Positions 38,144 to 48,155 of a stretch of 51,207 nucleotides of DNA are shown piece after piece. The stretch covers positions 1-51,207 of the forward strand of contig CAYRTG010000005.1 of NCBI GenBank assembly GCA_964427365.1. Reading direction: 5' to 3'. Each line of letters opens with the position of its first letter. Position 1 is the stretch's first letter. The DNA comes from an uncultured Ruminococcus sp. GTDB lineage: Bacteria; Bacillota; Clostridia; Oscillospirales; Acutalibacteraceae. The position numbers and the translations under genes are program-made. A model generated the notes under the pieces. That model did not search any database and had not been told where the DNA came from. It was given only the letters and a program-made list of their open reading frames with translations.

Positions 38144-38193
38144 GTATACCACAGATTTTACCTGTTGCCAATAGAATTTTTAAATGTTATAAT
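38143..38193. promoter_or_regulatory. Overlapping divergent sigma-A-like promoters (lepA and C_GCAxxG_C_C gene)
   Basis: Plus: TTGCCA (38165), 17 nt, TATAAT (38188). Minus: TTGGCA (38171), 17 nt, TG-n-TATACT (38148). Confidence 0.55.
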
Positions 38194-38252
38194 CAAATAG
38201 AAACTTCAATTATATTCTGAATTTGGTTAAATATCATATGAGGAGAGGTAAT

Positions 38253-38699
38253 ATGTCAAAGGGCGATATTGCAAAGGATTTGTTCTTGCAGGGGTATAAT
38301 TGTACACAGGCAGTGGTTCTTGCATTTGCTGATGAATTTCAGATTGATAAGGATACTTTGCTTATGCTCAGCGCACCTTTTGGGGGAGGTATGGGCAGAC
38401 TTCGCGAGGTTTGCGGAACCGTAAGCGGAATGAATATTATTTTAGGGCTTAGGTACGGATATAACAATCCTAAAGCTAAAGAAGAGAAAAAAGAACTGTA
38501 CAAAAAGGTGCAGCAGCTTGCAAATAAGTTTAAAGAGGACAACGGATCAATAATTTGCAGAGAGCTTTTAGGGCTTAGTATTAAAGGTGCTGACAGCCCT
38601 GTGCCAAGTGATAGAACAGCAGGATATTACAAAAAGCGCCCTTGCGCCGATTTGTGCAAATATGCAGCGGATTTATTAGAATTGAAAATGGAAAATTGA
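38253..38699 (+). CDS. C_GCAxxG_C_C family putative redox protein
   Basis: GYNCTQAV, FGGGMG, VCGTVSG, GSIICRELL, RPC; ATG 38253 after GAGGT. Confidence 0.88.
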   Translation: MSKGDIAKDLFLQGYNCTQAVVLAFADEFQIDKDTLLMLSAPFGGGMGRLREVCGTVSGMNIILGLRYGYNNPKAKEEKKELYKKVQQLANKFKEDNGSIICRELLGLSIKGADSPVPSDRTAGYYKKRPCADLCKYAADLLELKMEN

Positions 38700-38700
38700 T

Positions 38701-38760
38701 AATAAACGGTCGGGAAAACAAGTTCTTCTCTATAAGAACATATCTCCCCGACCGTTTATT
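38701..38760. terminator. Bidirectional terminator between convergent genes
   Basis: AATAAACGGTCGGG...CCCGACCGTTTATT perfect inverted repeat. Confidence 0.7.
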
Positions 38761-38761
38761 A

Positions 38762-41386
38762 TCAATTGTTAAGCGCATCAATAGCTGCTTTAAGCATTGC
38801 AATTGTTTCTTTTTCCTTTACAGCCTGTGCCTTAACCTTTTCAACAACAGCTTCAGGAGCTTTAGAAATAAAGCCCTGATTATTAAGTTTGCCCTCGCTT
38901 TGTGCAAGGCGCTTTTCAACCTGCTGAAGTTCTTTGTTAAGACGCTGAAGCTCAGCTTTTTTATCAACAAGCTCATCCATCGGAATATAAATCTTTGCAT
39001 CGGTAGTTACGATATTTACTGCGCCTTCAAGGTTAAAACTTTCACCAATTTCGACCTCACTTGCAGACGCAAGTTTACAGATAAACTGTGCGCCTTGCTT
39101 AAAGGTATCGGCAAATTTTGTAGCAATATATACCTTTGTTTTCTTTGAAGGAGAAACATTCATTTCGTTTCGGCGGTTACGGATTCCACGGATTGCGTTC
39201 ATAATCTTTTCCATTTGCTCACTGGCCTCAGGGTAGTTAAACTCAGGATTGTACTCAGGATATTTTGCCAGCATTATTGTTTCGCCCTCACAAGGTAAAG
39301 TCTGCCAAATTTCCTCAGTGATGTAAGGCATAAAAGGATGAAGAAGCCTTAAAATCTTCTCAAGTGTCCACAGAAGTACCTGTCTGGCGTTCTGTGCAGT
39401 TTCACCTTCGGACTGCAGTCTTGACTTTGCAAGCTCAATATACCAGTCGCAGAAGCAATCCCAGATAAAATCATAAAGTTTCTGTACTGCAACGCCAAGC
39501 TCAAACTTTTCAAGGTTTTCGTTGATTTCTTTAGATAAATTGTTAAGAGTTGATACTATCCATTTATCTTCAGTTGCCATAACTTCAGGCAGTTGGTTTT
39601 TAACATCAAAATCATCAATGTTCATATGAACAAAACGGCTTGCATTCCACAGCTTGTTTGCAAAGTTTGCACAAGCCTCAACACGCTTGTCAGAATAACG
39701 CATATCATTTCCGGGAGAGTTACCTGTAGCAAGGAAAAATCTTAGTGCATCTGCACCGTATTTATCAATAACCTTAAGAGGGTCTATACCGTTGCCCAGA
39801 GATTTACTCATTTTAACACCGTTTTCATCACGGACAATTCCGTGCATAAAAACTGTGTCAAAGGGCTGACTGTCCATCTGCTCGCAAGAGGAGAAAATCA
39901 TTCTTGCTACCCAGAAAAAGATAATATCATATCCTGTTACCAATGTGTTTGTGGGGAAGAAGTAGTCAAGCTCAGGTGTATTGTCGGGCCAGCCTAATGT
40001 AGAAAAAGGCCACAAAGCCGAGCTGAACCAAGTATCTAAAGTATCTTCGTCCTGTCTTAAATTGTTTTTGCCGCACTTAGGGCAGGTTGCGGGAATTTCT
40101 TTTGTAACGATAACTTCCCCGCAGTCGTCACAATACCAAGCGGGAATTCTGTGTCCCCACCAAAGCTGACGGCTGATACACCAGTCCTTAATGTTCTCCA
40201 TCCAATGGTAGTAAACCTTTTCAAAGCGTTCAGGAATAATCTTTGTTTTGCCTTCCTTAACACACTTAATAGCCGGCTTTGCAAGAGGCTCCATTTTTAC
40301 AAACCACTGCTTTGATACTCTGGGTTCAACCGTAGTTTTACAGCGGTAGCATGTGCCTACGTTGTGGGTATGAGGCTGAATTTTTACTAAATATCCCCCA
40401 TCTTCAAGGTCTTTTACGATAGCCTTTCTTGCTTCATACCTGTCCATTCCTGCGTATTTTTCATATTCGTCAATAATTTTCGCGTCATCTGTCATTATGT
40501 TAATAACAGGGAGATTGTGTCTTAAACCTACCTCAAAGTCGTTAGGGTCGTGGGCAGGAGTAATTTTTACAACACCTGTTCCAAATTCTGGGTCAACATA
40601 TTCATCAGCAAGAACAGGAATTTCTCTGCCAACAAGAGGAAGAGTAACTGTTTTGCCTACAAAGTTTTTGTACCTTTCATCATCAGGGTGAACAGCAACA
40701 GCTGTATCACCAAGGAGGGTTTCAGGTCTTGTTGTAGCAAGCTGAACATATCCGCTTCCGTCTGTAAGGGGATAGCGTAAATGCCAAAATGAACCTTCCT
40801 GTTCCTCAAAATCGACCTCCGCATCGGAAATTGATGTTAAGCAATGAGGACACCAGTTAATAATACGCTCGCCACGATAAATAAGTCCTTTTTCGTAAAG
40901 TCGTACAAATACTTCCTTAACAGCCTTGGAACAGCCCTCGTCCATTGTGAAGCGTTCTCTTTCCCAGTCACAGGAAGAACCAAGCTTTTTAAGCTGTTCG
41001 GTAATTTTTCCGCCATAAACTCTTTTCCATTCCCAAGCACGCTCTAAAAATTCATCTCTGCCAATGTCGTCTTTAGAAACACCTTCCTTGCGCATTGCCT
41101 CAACGATTTTAGCCTCTGTAGCAATAGATGCGTGGTCCGTTCCGGGAAGCCAAAGTGCAGAGTAGCCCTGCATTCTTCTCCAGCGTATAAGAATATCCTG
41201 CAAGGTTTCGTCAAGAGCATGACCCATATGAAGCTGACCTGTAATATTTGGCGGCGGCATAACAATAGTATAAGGTTTTTTGTTTTTATCTACTTCTGCG
41301 TGAAAATAATTTCCTTTAATCCAGAAATCATATATTTTGTCCTCAAATTCACGAGGGTTATATGACTTTGAAAGTTCTTTTTTCAA
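38762..41386 (-). CDS. valS: Valine--tRNA ligase
   Basis: [13 protein letters not shown] (HIGH), [18 protein letters not shown]-terminal coiled coil; TTG start after AAGGAG. Confidence 0.98.
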   Translation of the reverse strand: MKKELSKSYNPREFEDKIYDFWIKGNYFHAEVDKNKKPYTIVMPPPNITGQLHMGHALDETLQDILIRWRRMQGYSALWLPGTDHASIATEAKIVEAMRKEGVSKDDIGRDEFLERAWEWKRVYGGKITEQLKKLGSSCDWERERFTMDEGCSKAVKEVFVRLYEKGLIYRGERIINWCPHCLTSISDAEVDFEEQEGSFWHLRYPLTDGSGYVQLATTRPETLLGDTAVAVHPDDERYKNFVGKTVTLPLVGREIPVLADEYVDPEFGTGVVKITPAHDPNDFEVGLRHNLPVINIMTDDAKIIDEYEKYAGMDRYEARKAIVKDLEDGGYLVKIQPHTHNVGTCYRCKTTVEPRVSKQWFVKMEPLAKPAIKCVKEGKTKIIPERFEKVYYHWMENIKDWCISRQLWWGHRIPAWYCDDCGEVIVTKEIPATCPKCGKNNLRQDEDTLDTWFSSALWPFSTLGWPDNTPELDYFFPTNTLVTGYDIIFFWVARMIFSSCEQMDSQPFDTVFMHGIVRDENGVKMSKSLGNGIDPLKVIDKYGADALRFFLATGNSPGNDMRYSDKRVEACANFANKLWNASRFVHMNIDDFDVKNQLPEVMATEDKWIVSTLNNLSKEINENLEKFELGVAVQKLYDFIWDCFCDWYIELAKSRLQSEGETAQNARQVLLWTLEKILRLLHPFMPYITEEIWQTLPCEGETIMLAKYPEYNPEFNYPEASEQMEKIMNAIRGIRNRRNEMNVSPSKKTKVYIATKFADTFKQGAQFICKLASASEVEIGESFNLEGAVNIVTTDAKIYIPMDELVDKKAELQRLNKELQQVEKRLAQSEGKLNNQGFISKAPEAVVEKVKAQAVKEKETIAMLKAAIDALNN

Positions 41387-41429
41387 AGCAATCTCTCCTT
41401 TATATCATTTTTTACAATATTTATAACAT

Positions 41430-41685
41430 AAAAAAGCCCTGAGCTTTTGCTCAGGGCGAACTTGCGTCCGTGGTACCACCTGTATTCAGATAAAATCTGC
41501 ACTTTGTACGGGCAAAAAAAGCCGATACTTTTTCCTTTTAACGGGGGAAACCGTTGAAACCTAAGGACAAGATCCGTTCAGTTCAAAGCTCAGAGGCTAC
41601 AGCTAAAATCCCATCACAAAGGCTTACACCAGCCGCCTTTTCTCTTAGCATCAGGAAAGATTGCCCTCCTCGTCAATGCCTTTTT
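41430..41685 (-). ncRNA. T-box leader (Val) with terminator
   Basis: Minus strand: AGAGA and GGTG stem I elements, GTA (Val) specifier at 41600-41598, T-box AGGTGGTACCACGG, terminator GCCCTGAGC/GCTCAGGGC-UUUUUU. Confidence 0.92.
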
Positions 41686-41701
41686 GTGTTAAATTACTGA
41701 T

Positions 41702-41780
41702 ATTTTATCATAGTAAATTTACCTTGTCAACATAATTTATGGGGTTACTTATTGAAAAAAAATATAGCCTGTGGTATAAT
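41702..41780. promoter_or_regulatory. Divergent promoters for the T-box/valS leader and the AlkD-like gene
   Basis: Minus: TTGACA (41730-41725), 17 nt, TAAAAT. Plus: TTGAAA (41752), 17 nt, TG-n-TATAAT (41775). Confidence 0.65.
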
Positions 41781-41813
41781 TTAGAAAGCATATATTACAG
41801 TATTTAAGGGGCG

Positions 41814-42458
41814 ATGTCTATGTTATACAAAAAGATAATCAGTGATTTGGAAAGTATTCCAAACCGTAAAACAAAAGACGTTGACGCATACAATAAAAGG
41901 CTTATAAAAGAAAAAACCGATGTTAGTGAAATTGGCGAATACATAATAGAAAATCAGATTTTGCACCGTACATATTTTCAGGTTTCCCTGGGTTTGATTA
42001 AGGATACGGAAAAGCAGTTTGATTTCATTGAGAAGAATGAGGACTATTTGCGGGACTGGTGGCACACAGATCAACTTATTCAGTTTATTAGAAAACCTTT
42101 AGATTTTGACTTTGCATATAGCAGGGCTAAGAAATATATTAACTCTGAAAAAAACTTTACAAGACGTTGGGGCTATGTGCTTTTTCTTGCAGGCTTGCAA
42201 AAGGAAATGGCTCACACAAAGAACATACTTTCACTTATGAAAAATGATGACGAATACTATGTTCAAATGGCAGAAGCATGGCTTATATGCGATTTGGCTG
42301 TGTTTAATCCCAAGGAAGTAATAGAGTATATTGAAAGCTGTGGACTGAAATATAATATTTTAGGAAAAGCTATTCAGAAAATATTGGACTCCTACCGTAT
42401 TAGTGATGAGGACAAAGCCTATGTGAAGTCCTTAAGAAGTAAAGTAAAAGAAAATTAA
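41814..42458 (+). CDS. DNA alkylation repair enzyme (AlkD-like HEAT-repeat family)
   Basis: DWWHTD, FTRRWGYV, EYYVQMAEAWL, KAIQKILDSYR family-typical motifs. Confidence 0.75.
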   Translation: MSMLYKKIISDLESIPNRKTKDVDAYNKRLIKEKTDVSEIGEYIIENQILHRTYFQVSLGLIKDTEKQFDFIEKNEDYLRDWWHTDQLIQFIRKPLDFDFAYSRAKKYINSEKNFTRRWGYVLFLAGLQKEMAHTKNILSLMKNDDEYYVQMAEAWLICDLAVFNPKEVIEYIESCGLKYNILGKAIQKILDSYRISDEDKAYVKSLRSKVKEN

Positions 42459-42465
42459 CTGCTGC

Positions 42466-42503
42466 AAAGCAGCTCCTTAGCGAAAAACAAGGAGCTGCTT
42501 TTG
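42466..42503 (+). terminator. Rho-independent terminator
   Basis: AAAGCAGCTCCTT...AAGGAGCTGCTTTT. Confidence 0.75.
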
Positions 42504-42660
42504 TGTTTTTTAATGAATTGTCACAACATACTACATCCTGTGACAAAAACCTGGTAAAACTTATAAAAAAATTGCTCAGGTTTCGACAAAATATGTTTGT
42601 CCCATAGTGTATTATAATATCACAGGGCAAGACAATGAAGCTACAGAAAAGAGGCGGACA

Positions 42661-43479
42661 ATGAATTTCCTATCCAGAAGTGAAAACAAGATTTCTGATA
42701 TTCCTACAATCAAAATCCGTCCTAACAAAACTCAGCCCAGAAAAATCTTTGATGAAGACCAGCTGAGAGCTCTTGCACAATCAATTGCAGAAAACGGAAT
42801 ACTTCAGCCCCTTACAGTCCGTAAGGTCACTCAGAACGAATATGAGCTTGTTGCGGGCGAAAGAAGACTGAGAGCCTCTGTTCTTGCAGGCTTAGTAAGA
42901 GTCCCTTGTATTGTAGTTAAATGTACCGACAGAGAATCGGCAATATTTGCTCTGCTGGAAAATCTTCAGCGCTGCGACCTGGGAATGTTCGAGGAGGCTC
43001 GTGGTATTTCAAGGCTGATTCGGCGATATGGCATCACCCAGGAGCAAGCTGCAAAACAGCTTGGAAAAAGCCAAAGCACTATAGCCAATAAGCTAAGACT
43101 TCTAAACCTTAGCTTTGAGGAACAAGACTGGATTGTTCAAGCAGGACTTTCGGAACGTCATGCAAGAGCATTGCTGAAAATTTACGACCAGGAACTGAGA
43201 AAAGAAGCCCTTTCCAAAATAATTTCGGAAAATCTCAACGTTTCTCAATCGGAGCAAATGATTGAAAAACTTTTGTATAACAACTCTGTTCCGGAGAAAA
43301 ATAAACTTACTCAAAGAATCGTTATTAAAGACGTTAGAATATTTATCAATACTATTAACAAAGCTGTGGATACAATGAAGCAGGCAGGTATAAATGCAAT
43401 TTGCAAACACAGCGACAGCGGGGATTATATTGAATACACAGTGAAAATCCCTAAAAAACAGACCGAAAGGTCAGCATAA
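42661..43479 (+). CDS. ParB/Spo0J family protein, Noc-like
   Basis: QPRK.FD, GILQPL, AGERRLRA, LENLQR, HTH KSQSTIANKLRLL, ERHARALL, C-terminal DVRIFINTI...EYTVKIP. Confidence 0.88.
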   Translation: MNFLSRSENKISDIPTIKIRPNKTQPRKIFDEDQLRALAQSIAENGILQPLTVRKVTQNEYELVAGERRLRASVLAGLVRVPCIVVKCTDRESAIFALLENLQRCDLGMFEEARGISRLIRRYGITQEQAAKQLGKSQSTIANKLRLLNLSFEEQDWIVQAGLSERHARALLKIYDQELRKEALSKIISENLNVSQSEQMIEKLLYNNSVPEKNKLTQRIVIKDVRIFINTINKAVDTMKQAGINAICKHSDSGDYIEYTVKIPKKQTERSA

Positions 43480-43549
43480 ACGCTTTCCCCTTTGGATGCT
43501 TGCATCCAAATCCACTCATACCCATTTCCTTATCTAAACCCCTTGCCAG

Positions 43550-43577
43550 AGCCGTACAGAAATTCTGTACGGCTTTT
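43550..43577 (+). terminator. Rho-independent terminator
   Basis: AGCCGTACAGAA-A-TTCTGTACGGCT-TTT. Confidence 0.75.
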
Positions 43578-43615
43578 GGCGTTGCATTGTGTAGAATAAA
43601 TGTTTTATTAAACTA

Positions 43616-43698
43616 TTGTAAACCCTCAATTATTACAGGTTGACATTTTATAAAAAAATGTTATAATTGTAAACATCAAACATAAAGGCGGTTTACAA
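43616..43698 (+). promoter_or_regulatory. Two tandem BirA-type biotin operators around the bioY promoter
   Basis: TGTAAAC-N15-GTTGACA (43617-43645) and TGTAAAC-N16-GTTTACA (43668-43697); promoter TTGACA (43640), 16 nt, TATAAT (43662). Confidence 0.75.
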
Positions 43699-43700
43699 TT

Positions 43701-44228
43701 ATGACAGATTTGAGAGATAAGAAAATCTACAAGCTGGTTCTTGTAGCAATGTTTACGGCAATTATTATTATTTGTTCATGGATTTCAATTCCAACAACTG
43801 TACCGTTTACATTGCAAACCTTTGGTATATTTATTACGGCAGGACTTTTAGGCTGGAAATTTGGAACAATAAGCGTAGTTATTTACATTCTTATAGGCTT
43901 AGTCGGCGTGCCTGTTTTTGCTAATTTCTCAGGAGGTATTGGGGTGGTTATGGGACCTACAGGCGGATACATTGTAGGATTTATATTTACTGCACTTGCA
44001 GTGGGATTAATAACTAAATTTTTCGGCAAAAAGCTTTATGCATTAATAATTGCTATGGTGTTTGGACTTGCATTGTGTTATCTTTTCGGCACAATTTGGT
44101 TTACGATTGTAACCGGTACTGATATTGTTTCTGCACTGTTAATATGCGTTGTTCCTTACCTTATTTTTGACGGCTGTAAAATTCTCCTTGGGGCAATACT
44201 TGTAAACAGACTCAGTAAATATGTTTAA
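43701..44228 (+). CDS. bioY: Biotin ECF transporter S component
   Basis: VPFTLQT, GLVGVPVFA, GPTGGYIVGF; upstream BirA-like sites. Confidence 0.93.
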   Translation: MTDLRDKKIYKLVLVAMFTAIIIICSWISIPTTVPFTLQTFGIFITAGLLGWKFGTISVVIYILIGLVGVPVFANFSGGIGVVMGPTGGYIVGFIFTALAVGLITKFFGKKLYALIIAMVFGLALCYLFGTIWFTIVTGTDIVSALLICVVPYLIFDGCKILLGAILVNRLSKYV

Positions 44229-44589
44229 GCTACGACCTCACCACGGACTTTGTATTCAGCATTTTTCAGGCAAGGGCTATAGTCGGAAATTTGTGAAGAA
44301 TATGACCGGAGTTATTGCACGGCTTTGCTGTGAAAATTCTCAGATAAAACTTGTTATCGGCGCTGATGAAATATGCAAAGCCTGTCCTAACCTGATAAAA
44401 GGAAAATGTATTTCTGAAACAAAGGTTCAAAAAATTGATAAGTTCTGTCTTGCTTATGCTGATTTGGCAGAGAATACAGTTATAAAATTTAACGATTATA
44501 AGGACATTACAATGAATAAGATTATAAATGCAGGCAAGGGCGAAAGCATATGCCAAAGCTGCGAGTGGTATGATTTTTGCTATTATTAA
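44221..44589 (+). CDS. DUF1284-like Cys/His-rich protein
   Basis: LRPHHGLC...GKGYS..F..NM, DEICKACP, ICQSCEW..FC. Confidence 0.8.
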   Translation: MFKLRPHHGLCIQHFSGKGYSRKFVKNMTGVIARLCCENSQIKLVIGADEICKACPNLIKGKCISETKVQKIDKFCLAYADLAENTVIKFNDYKDITMNKIINAGKGESICQSCEWYDFCYY

Positions 44590-44615
44590 TAATGGATAAT
44601 TTATGATTTTAAATT

Positions 44616-44833
44616 GTGTAGTCAGCACTGCATAGTCATCACATCGGTAAGTCTTAAATGTCAGGACATGGGTAAGTACTGTAGAAATATAAGCAAGTAG
44701 CCAATCATAACCACACGTCAAACGGGTGGTTATGATTGGCTTTCATTATATCGTAAAAGACTTACCTATGTTCTGAAAACTGCACAGGTCGAGCTGATAA
44801 GTTTTCCGTTATAGGAATCTATCTGCTCGACCA
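44616..44833. mobile_element. Non-coding palindromic element, probable IS200/IS605-derived scar
   Basis: Perfect 16-bp IR AGCCAATCATAACCAC/GTGGTTATGATTGGCT around ACGTCAAACGG, nested in ACATCGGTAAGTCTT/AAGACTTACCTATGT; second hairpin GGTCGAGC/GCTCGACC; no ORF. Confidence 0.5.
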
Positions 44834-44877
44834 TTAATTTTTCATTTTCAATGTTCAATGGTCAATTGATATTCTAA

Positions 44878-44906
44878 TTGACTTTTAGAAGGATATAGAG
44901 TAAAAT
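44878..44906 (+). promoter_or_regulatory. Putative sigma-A promoter for the FHA-SEDS/PBP genes
   Basis: TTGACT, 17 nt, TAAAAT. Confidence 0.55.
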
Positions 44907-44960
44907 GTATAAGAATTATTGTAGGTAGGAATATAGCTATTAAGGAGGTGCGTCTGTATT

Positions 44961-46637
44961 ATGACAGTAATTATGGATATTGCGGTAGTTGCTTTGAGAA
45001 TGCTGCTGCCTTTTTATACAATTATCATAGTTTATCAATGCTATGCCTCTATGCGCCGTCGCAGACGTGCCGAACGTCCTTTGGTGCTTTTGCAGGATTT
45101 GGACACAGGCATAAAAACTCCTGTACTTTTCTGGGAAAACTCCATTGGCAGAAGTCGAGGTTCAGATATTGCAGTTGACGACCCTGCGGTTTCACGAAAT
45201 CACTGTGTTTTACTTCGCCGTAAGGAGGGTTGGTTTATCTCAGACGTAGGCTCTAAAACCGGCACATATATTAACGATAAAAGAGTTCTCAGAAGAACTC
45301 AGGTAAAAATTGATGATGTTATTTCTATTGGCAATAAGGAATTTGTCTTTAAGCGTGGAGAGGAATTTCACGAGGAATTACATTCAAGCTGGTTCTTTTC
45401 AAAGGTTGTAAACAAGCCATCTATTAAACCTTTTAAGCTAATGCTGTTAATTACATTTTTCCACGTGTTTTTAGGTGTAGAAGCTGTATTTGCAGACAGC
45501 GGTACCGACTACACCCCTGCTATGATTTGCGGTGCATTTGTAGCAGTAGAGTGGATTTTCTTTTTTATTTCATCAGTTATTCTTAAACGAATTGCTTTTG
45601 AGATTGAGAGTCTGTGCCTGTTTATGACAGGTATAGGAATTATGCTCCTTGTGCGTCAGGAAAAGGGAGTCAGAATGGCAATCGTACAAATGTCGGCTGC
45701 AGTTGCAGGTATGATTATATTCTGCCTTATTATCAAATTTATTGAAAATCCCGATAAGGTTTCAAAATGGAAAATAATAATTATGATTGGAGCTGTGGGA
45801 TTTTTGGGAATAAACCTTGTCTTCGGCAAGGTTACAAACGGTTCTGCAAACTGGATTTCTCTTGGACCTATTACTGTTCAGCCCTCTGAATTTGTTAAAA
45901 TTGCATACATCTTTGTAGGTGCTGCAAGTCTTGACCGTTTGCAGACAAGAAAAAACCTTATTGAATTTATCGTATTCTCTTTAATTTGCGTTGGAGCATT
46001 GGCTCTTATGGGCGATTTTGGTACTGCCCTGATATTCTTCGGAGCCTTTTTGCTGATTTCATTTATGCGTTCAGGAGATTTTAAAACCATTATTTTTGCC
46101 ATTGCCGCAGCAGGTTTTGCAGGAATTATGGTACTTAACCTTAAGCCTTATATTCTCAAAAGATTTGAGGTATGGGGGCACGCTTGGGAAAATGCTTCCG
46201 ACAAAGGTTATCAGATGACACGTACTATGACATACATCGCCTCAGGGGGCTTGTTTGGTGTTGGCATAGGCAACGGCTATCTTAAAAACATTTCCGCTTC
46301 TGAGTCTGACCTTGTGTTCGGTCTTGTATCCGAAGAAATGGGATTTATTGTTGCTGTTACATTAGCCGTAGCTGTTGCAGCTTTGGTAATTTATGCTCGT
46401 TCGGTTACAACAAGAAGCAGAAGTACATTTTACTCAATTTCTGCCTGCTGTGCAGCAGGACTTCTTGTAATTCAGATGACGCTTAATATTTTTGGCGCAA
46501 CTGATATTTTACCTTTAACCGGTGTAACCTTTCCCTTTATAAGCAGCGGTGGTTCAAGTATGATTTCCTGTTGGGGACTTCTTGCCTTCATAAAGGCTGC
46601 TGACGAAAGAACTTATGCAGTAAAGGTTAAGGCATAA
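44961..46637 (+). CDS. FHA domain-FtsW/RodA/SpoVE (SEDS) fusion protein
   Basis: IGRS...VSRNH...SKTGTYIN (FHA); NWI..GPITVQPSEFVK, DFGTA, GYQ, SDLVF, PLTGVTFPFISSGGSS (SEDS). Confidence 0.9.
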   Translation: MTVIMDIAVVALRMLLPFYTIIIVYQCYASMRRRRRAERPLVLLQDLDTGIKTPVLFWENSIGRSRGSDIAVDDPAVSRNHCVLLRRKEGWFISDVGSKTGTYINDKRVLRRTQVKIDDVISIGNKEFVFKRGEEFHEELHSSWFFSKVVNKPSIKPFKLMLLITFFHVFLGVEAVFADSGTDYTPAMICGAFVAVEWIFFFISSVILKRIAFEIESLCLFMTGIGIMLLVRQEKGVRMAIVQMSAAVAGMIIFCLIIKFIENPDKVSKWKIIIMIGAVGFLGINLVFGKVTNGSANWISLGPITVQPSEFVKIAYIFVGAASLDRLQTRKNLIEFIVFSLICVGALALMGDFGTALIFFGAFLLISFMRSGDFKTIIFAIAAAGFAGIMVLNLKPYILKRFEVWGHAWENASDKGYQMTRTMTYIASGGLFGVGIGNGYLKNISASESDLVFGLVSEEMGFIVAVTLAVAVAALVIYARSVTTRSRSTFYSISACCAAGLLVIQMTLNIFGATDILPLTGVTFPFISSGGSSMISCWGLLAFIKAADERTYAVKVKA

Positions 46638-46719
46638 ATCATAAATTTAAAATTACTCGGAATTATTAAACCGGAGTGTAAACCTTGTTATATAATTTAT
46701 TCTGAAAGGATGGTGCTGT

Positions 46720-48126
46720 ATGAAAAGAATACTTCAAAGGTCTTGGCTTATTTTTATTGTTGTTATTGCATTTCTTGCCGGACTTTGTTTTTTGGTCTTC
46801 AAAACTGTTTTTAATGCATCTGACTGGGCTGACCAGACATACAACCGCCATATTTCAGGTGCAGGCGGATTTGCTCGTGCCGGTGCTATTTTAGACAGAG
46901 ATGGAGAAACCCTTGCCAAAACTGTTGGTGATGAACGTGTTTATCATCAGGATTCCTCTGTAAGAAAGGCTTTGCTCCACGTTGTCGGTGACGATTCCTT
47001 TAACATATCCACTTCAATACAGAGCATATATCGTTCCCAGCTTACAGGCTACAGCTTTATATGGGGACTGAATTTACCCAAATCTTTGCAAAGCAGCAGA
47101 GATATTGCTCTTACTGTTGACGCAGACACATGCAAGGCGGCATATAATGTGCTGAAAAATTATGACAGCGGTGCCTGTGTTATATATAACTACAAAACCG
47201 GAGAAGTAATATGCTCAGTGAGTACAAGGTCATATGACCCCCAGGCTCCGCCTAAGATTACCAAAGAAAATGAAGATGAATACGAAGGGGTATATCTTGA
47301 CAATGTATTGTCATCAACCTATACGCCGGGTTCGATTTTCAAAATAGTAACTGCCGTTGCAGCGTTGGAAAATATCTCGGACATTGAAAGCAGAGAATGG
47401 TACTGCAGCGGTAAAGAAGACATTGGCGGCGGCGATATTACCTGTGTTTCAGCTCACGGAAGCGTAAACCTTAAAGAGGCTTTCGGACATTCCTGCAATA
47501 TTGTTTTTGCAGAGCTTGCAGTTGAGCTTGGTCAGGAAAAAATGAACGAAGCAGCTAAAAAACTTGGAATAAACTCAAGCTTTGAAATCAGCGGCATAAA
47601 AACTAAAAAAGGTAACTATAATGTTGAAAAAGCTAACAAAAACCAGCTTGCATGGTCAGGTGTAGGTCAGTATAACGACAAGGTAAATCCTATGCAGATG
47701 GCAATTATCTGCGGCGCTATTGCTGATGGCGGCACTCCTACAACTCCATATATTGTAGCAGGTGCATCAGGCAGTATTCTCCCTGATTTAAGTCTTGTGG
47801 GAAACGGCTCAAAGGGTAAAAAGATGCTTTCTTTGGAAACTTCTCAGAAGCTGGAGGAGTATATGAGAGGTGCAGTAGTTAACGACTACGGCGACAGTAT
47901 GTTTGGAGGGCTTACAATCTGTGCTAAAACCGGTACGGGGGAAACTGTCACAGGACAGGATCAGGATAAAAATGACGGCTGGATGATAGGCTATTGTACT
48001 GATGAGGATTGTCCTCTTGCATTTGCAAGCGTTGTACACGGCATCAGTCAGTACGGCTACGGCACAGCAGGACAGGTTGCTAAAGCTGCTATGATTCAGG
48101 CTGCGAAAAGTCTGAAAGCTGAGTAA
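46720..48126 (+). CDS. Class B penicillin-binding protein (PbpA-like transpeptidase)
   Basis: N-terminal TM; GAILDRDG; PGSIFK (SxxK), SCN (SxN), KTGT; follows the SEDS gene. Confidence 0.9.
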   Translation: MKRILQRSWLIFIVVIAFLAGLCFLVFKTVFNASDWADQTYNRHISGAGGFARAGAILDRDGETLAKTVGDERVYHQDSSVRKALLHVVGDDSFNISTSIQSIYRSQLTGYSFIWGLNLPKSLQSSRDIALTVDADTCKAAYNVLKNYDSGACVIYNYKTGEVICSVSTRSYDPQAPPKITKENEDEYEGVYLDNVLSSTYTPGSIFKIVTAVAALENISDIESREWYCSGKEDIGGGDITCVSAHGSVNLKEAFGHSCNIVFAELAVELGQEKMNEAAKKLGINSSFEISGIKTKKGNYNVEKANKNQLAWSGVGQYNDKVNPMQMAIICGAIADGGTPTTPYIVAGASGSILPDLSLVGNGSKGKKMLSLETSQKLEEYMRGAVVNDYGDSMFGGLTICAKTGTGETVTGQDQDKNDGWMIGYCTDEDCPLAFASVVHGISQYGYGTAGQVAKAAMIQAAKSLKAE

Positions 48127-48155
48127 CAACACAACTGAAAGGAAATTAATATATT

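Noticed and set aside
38642-39148. 168-aa plus-strand ORF and the many other short ORFs antisense to or nested in long genes
   Set aside because: They overlap well-supported genes such as valS, secA, lepA and cysN, and lack RBS or recognisable motifs
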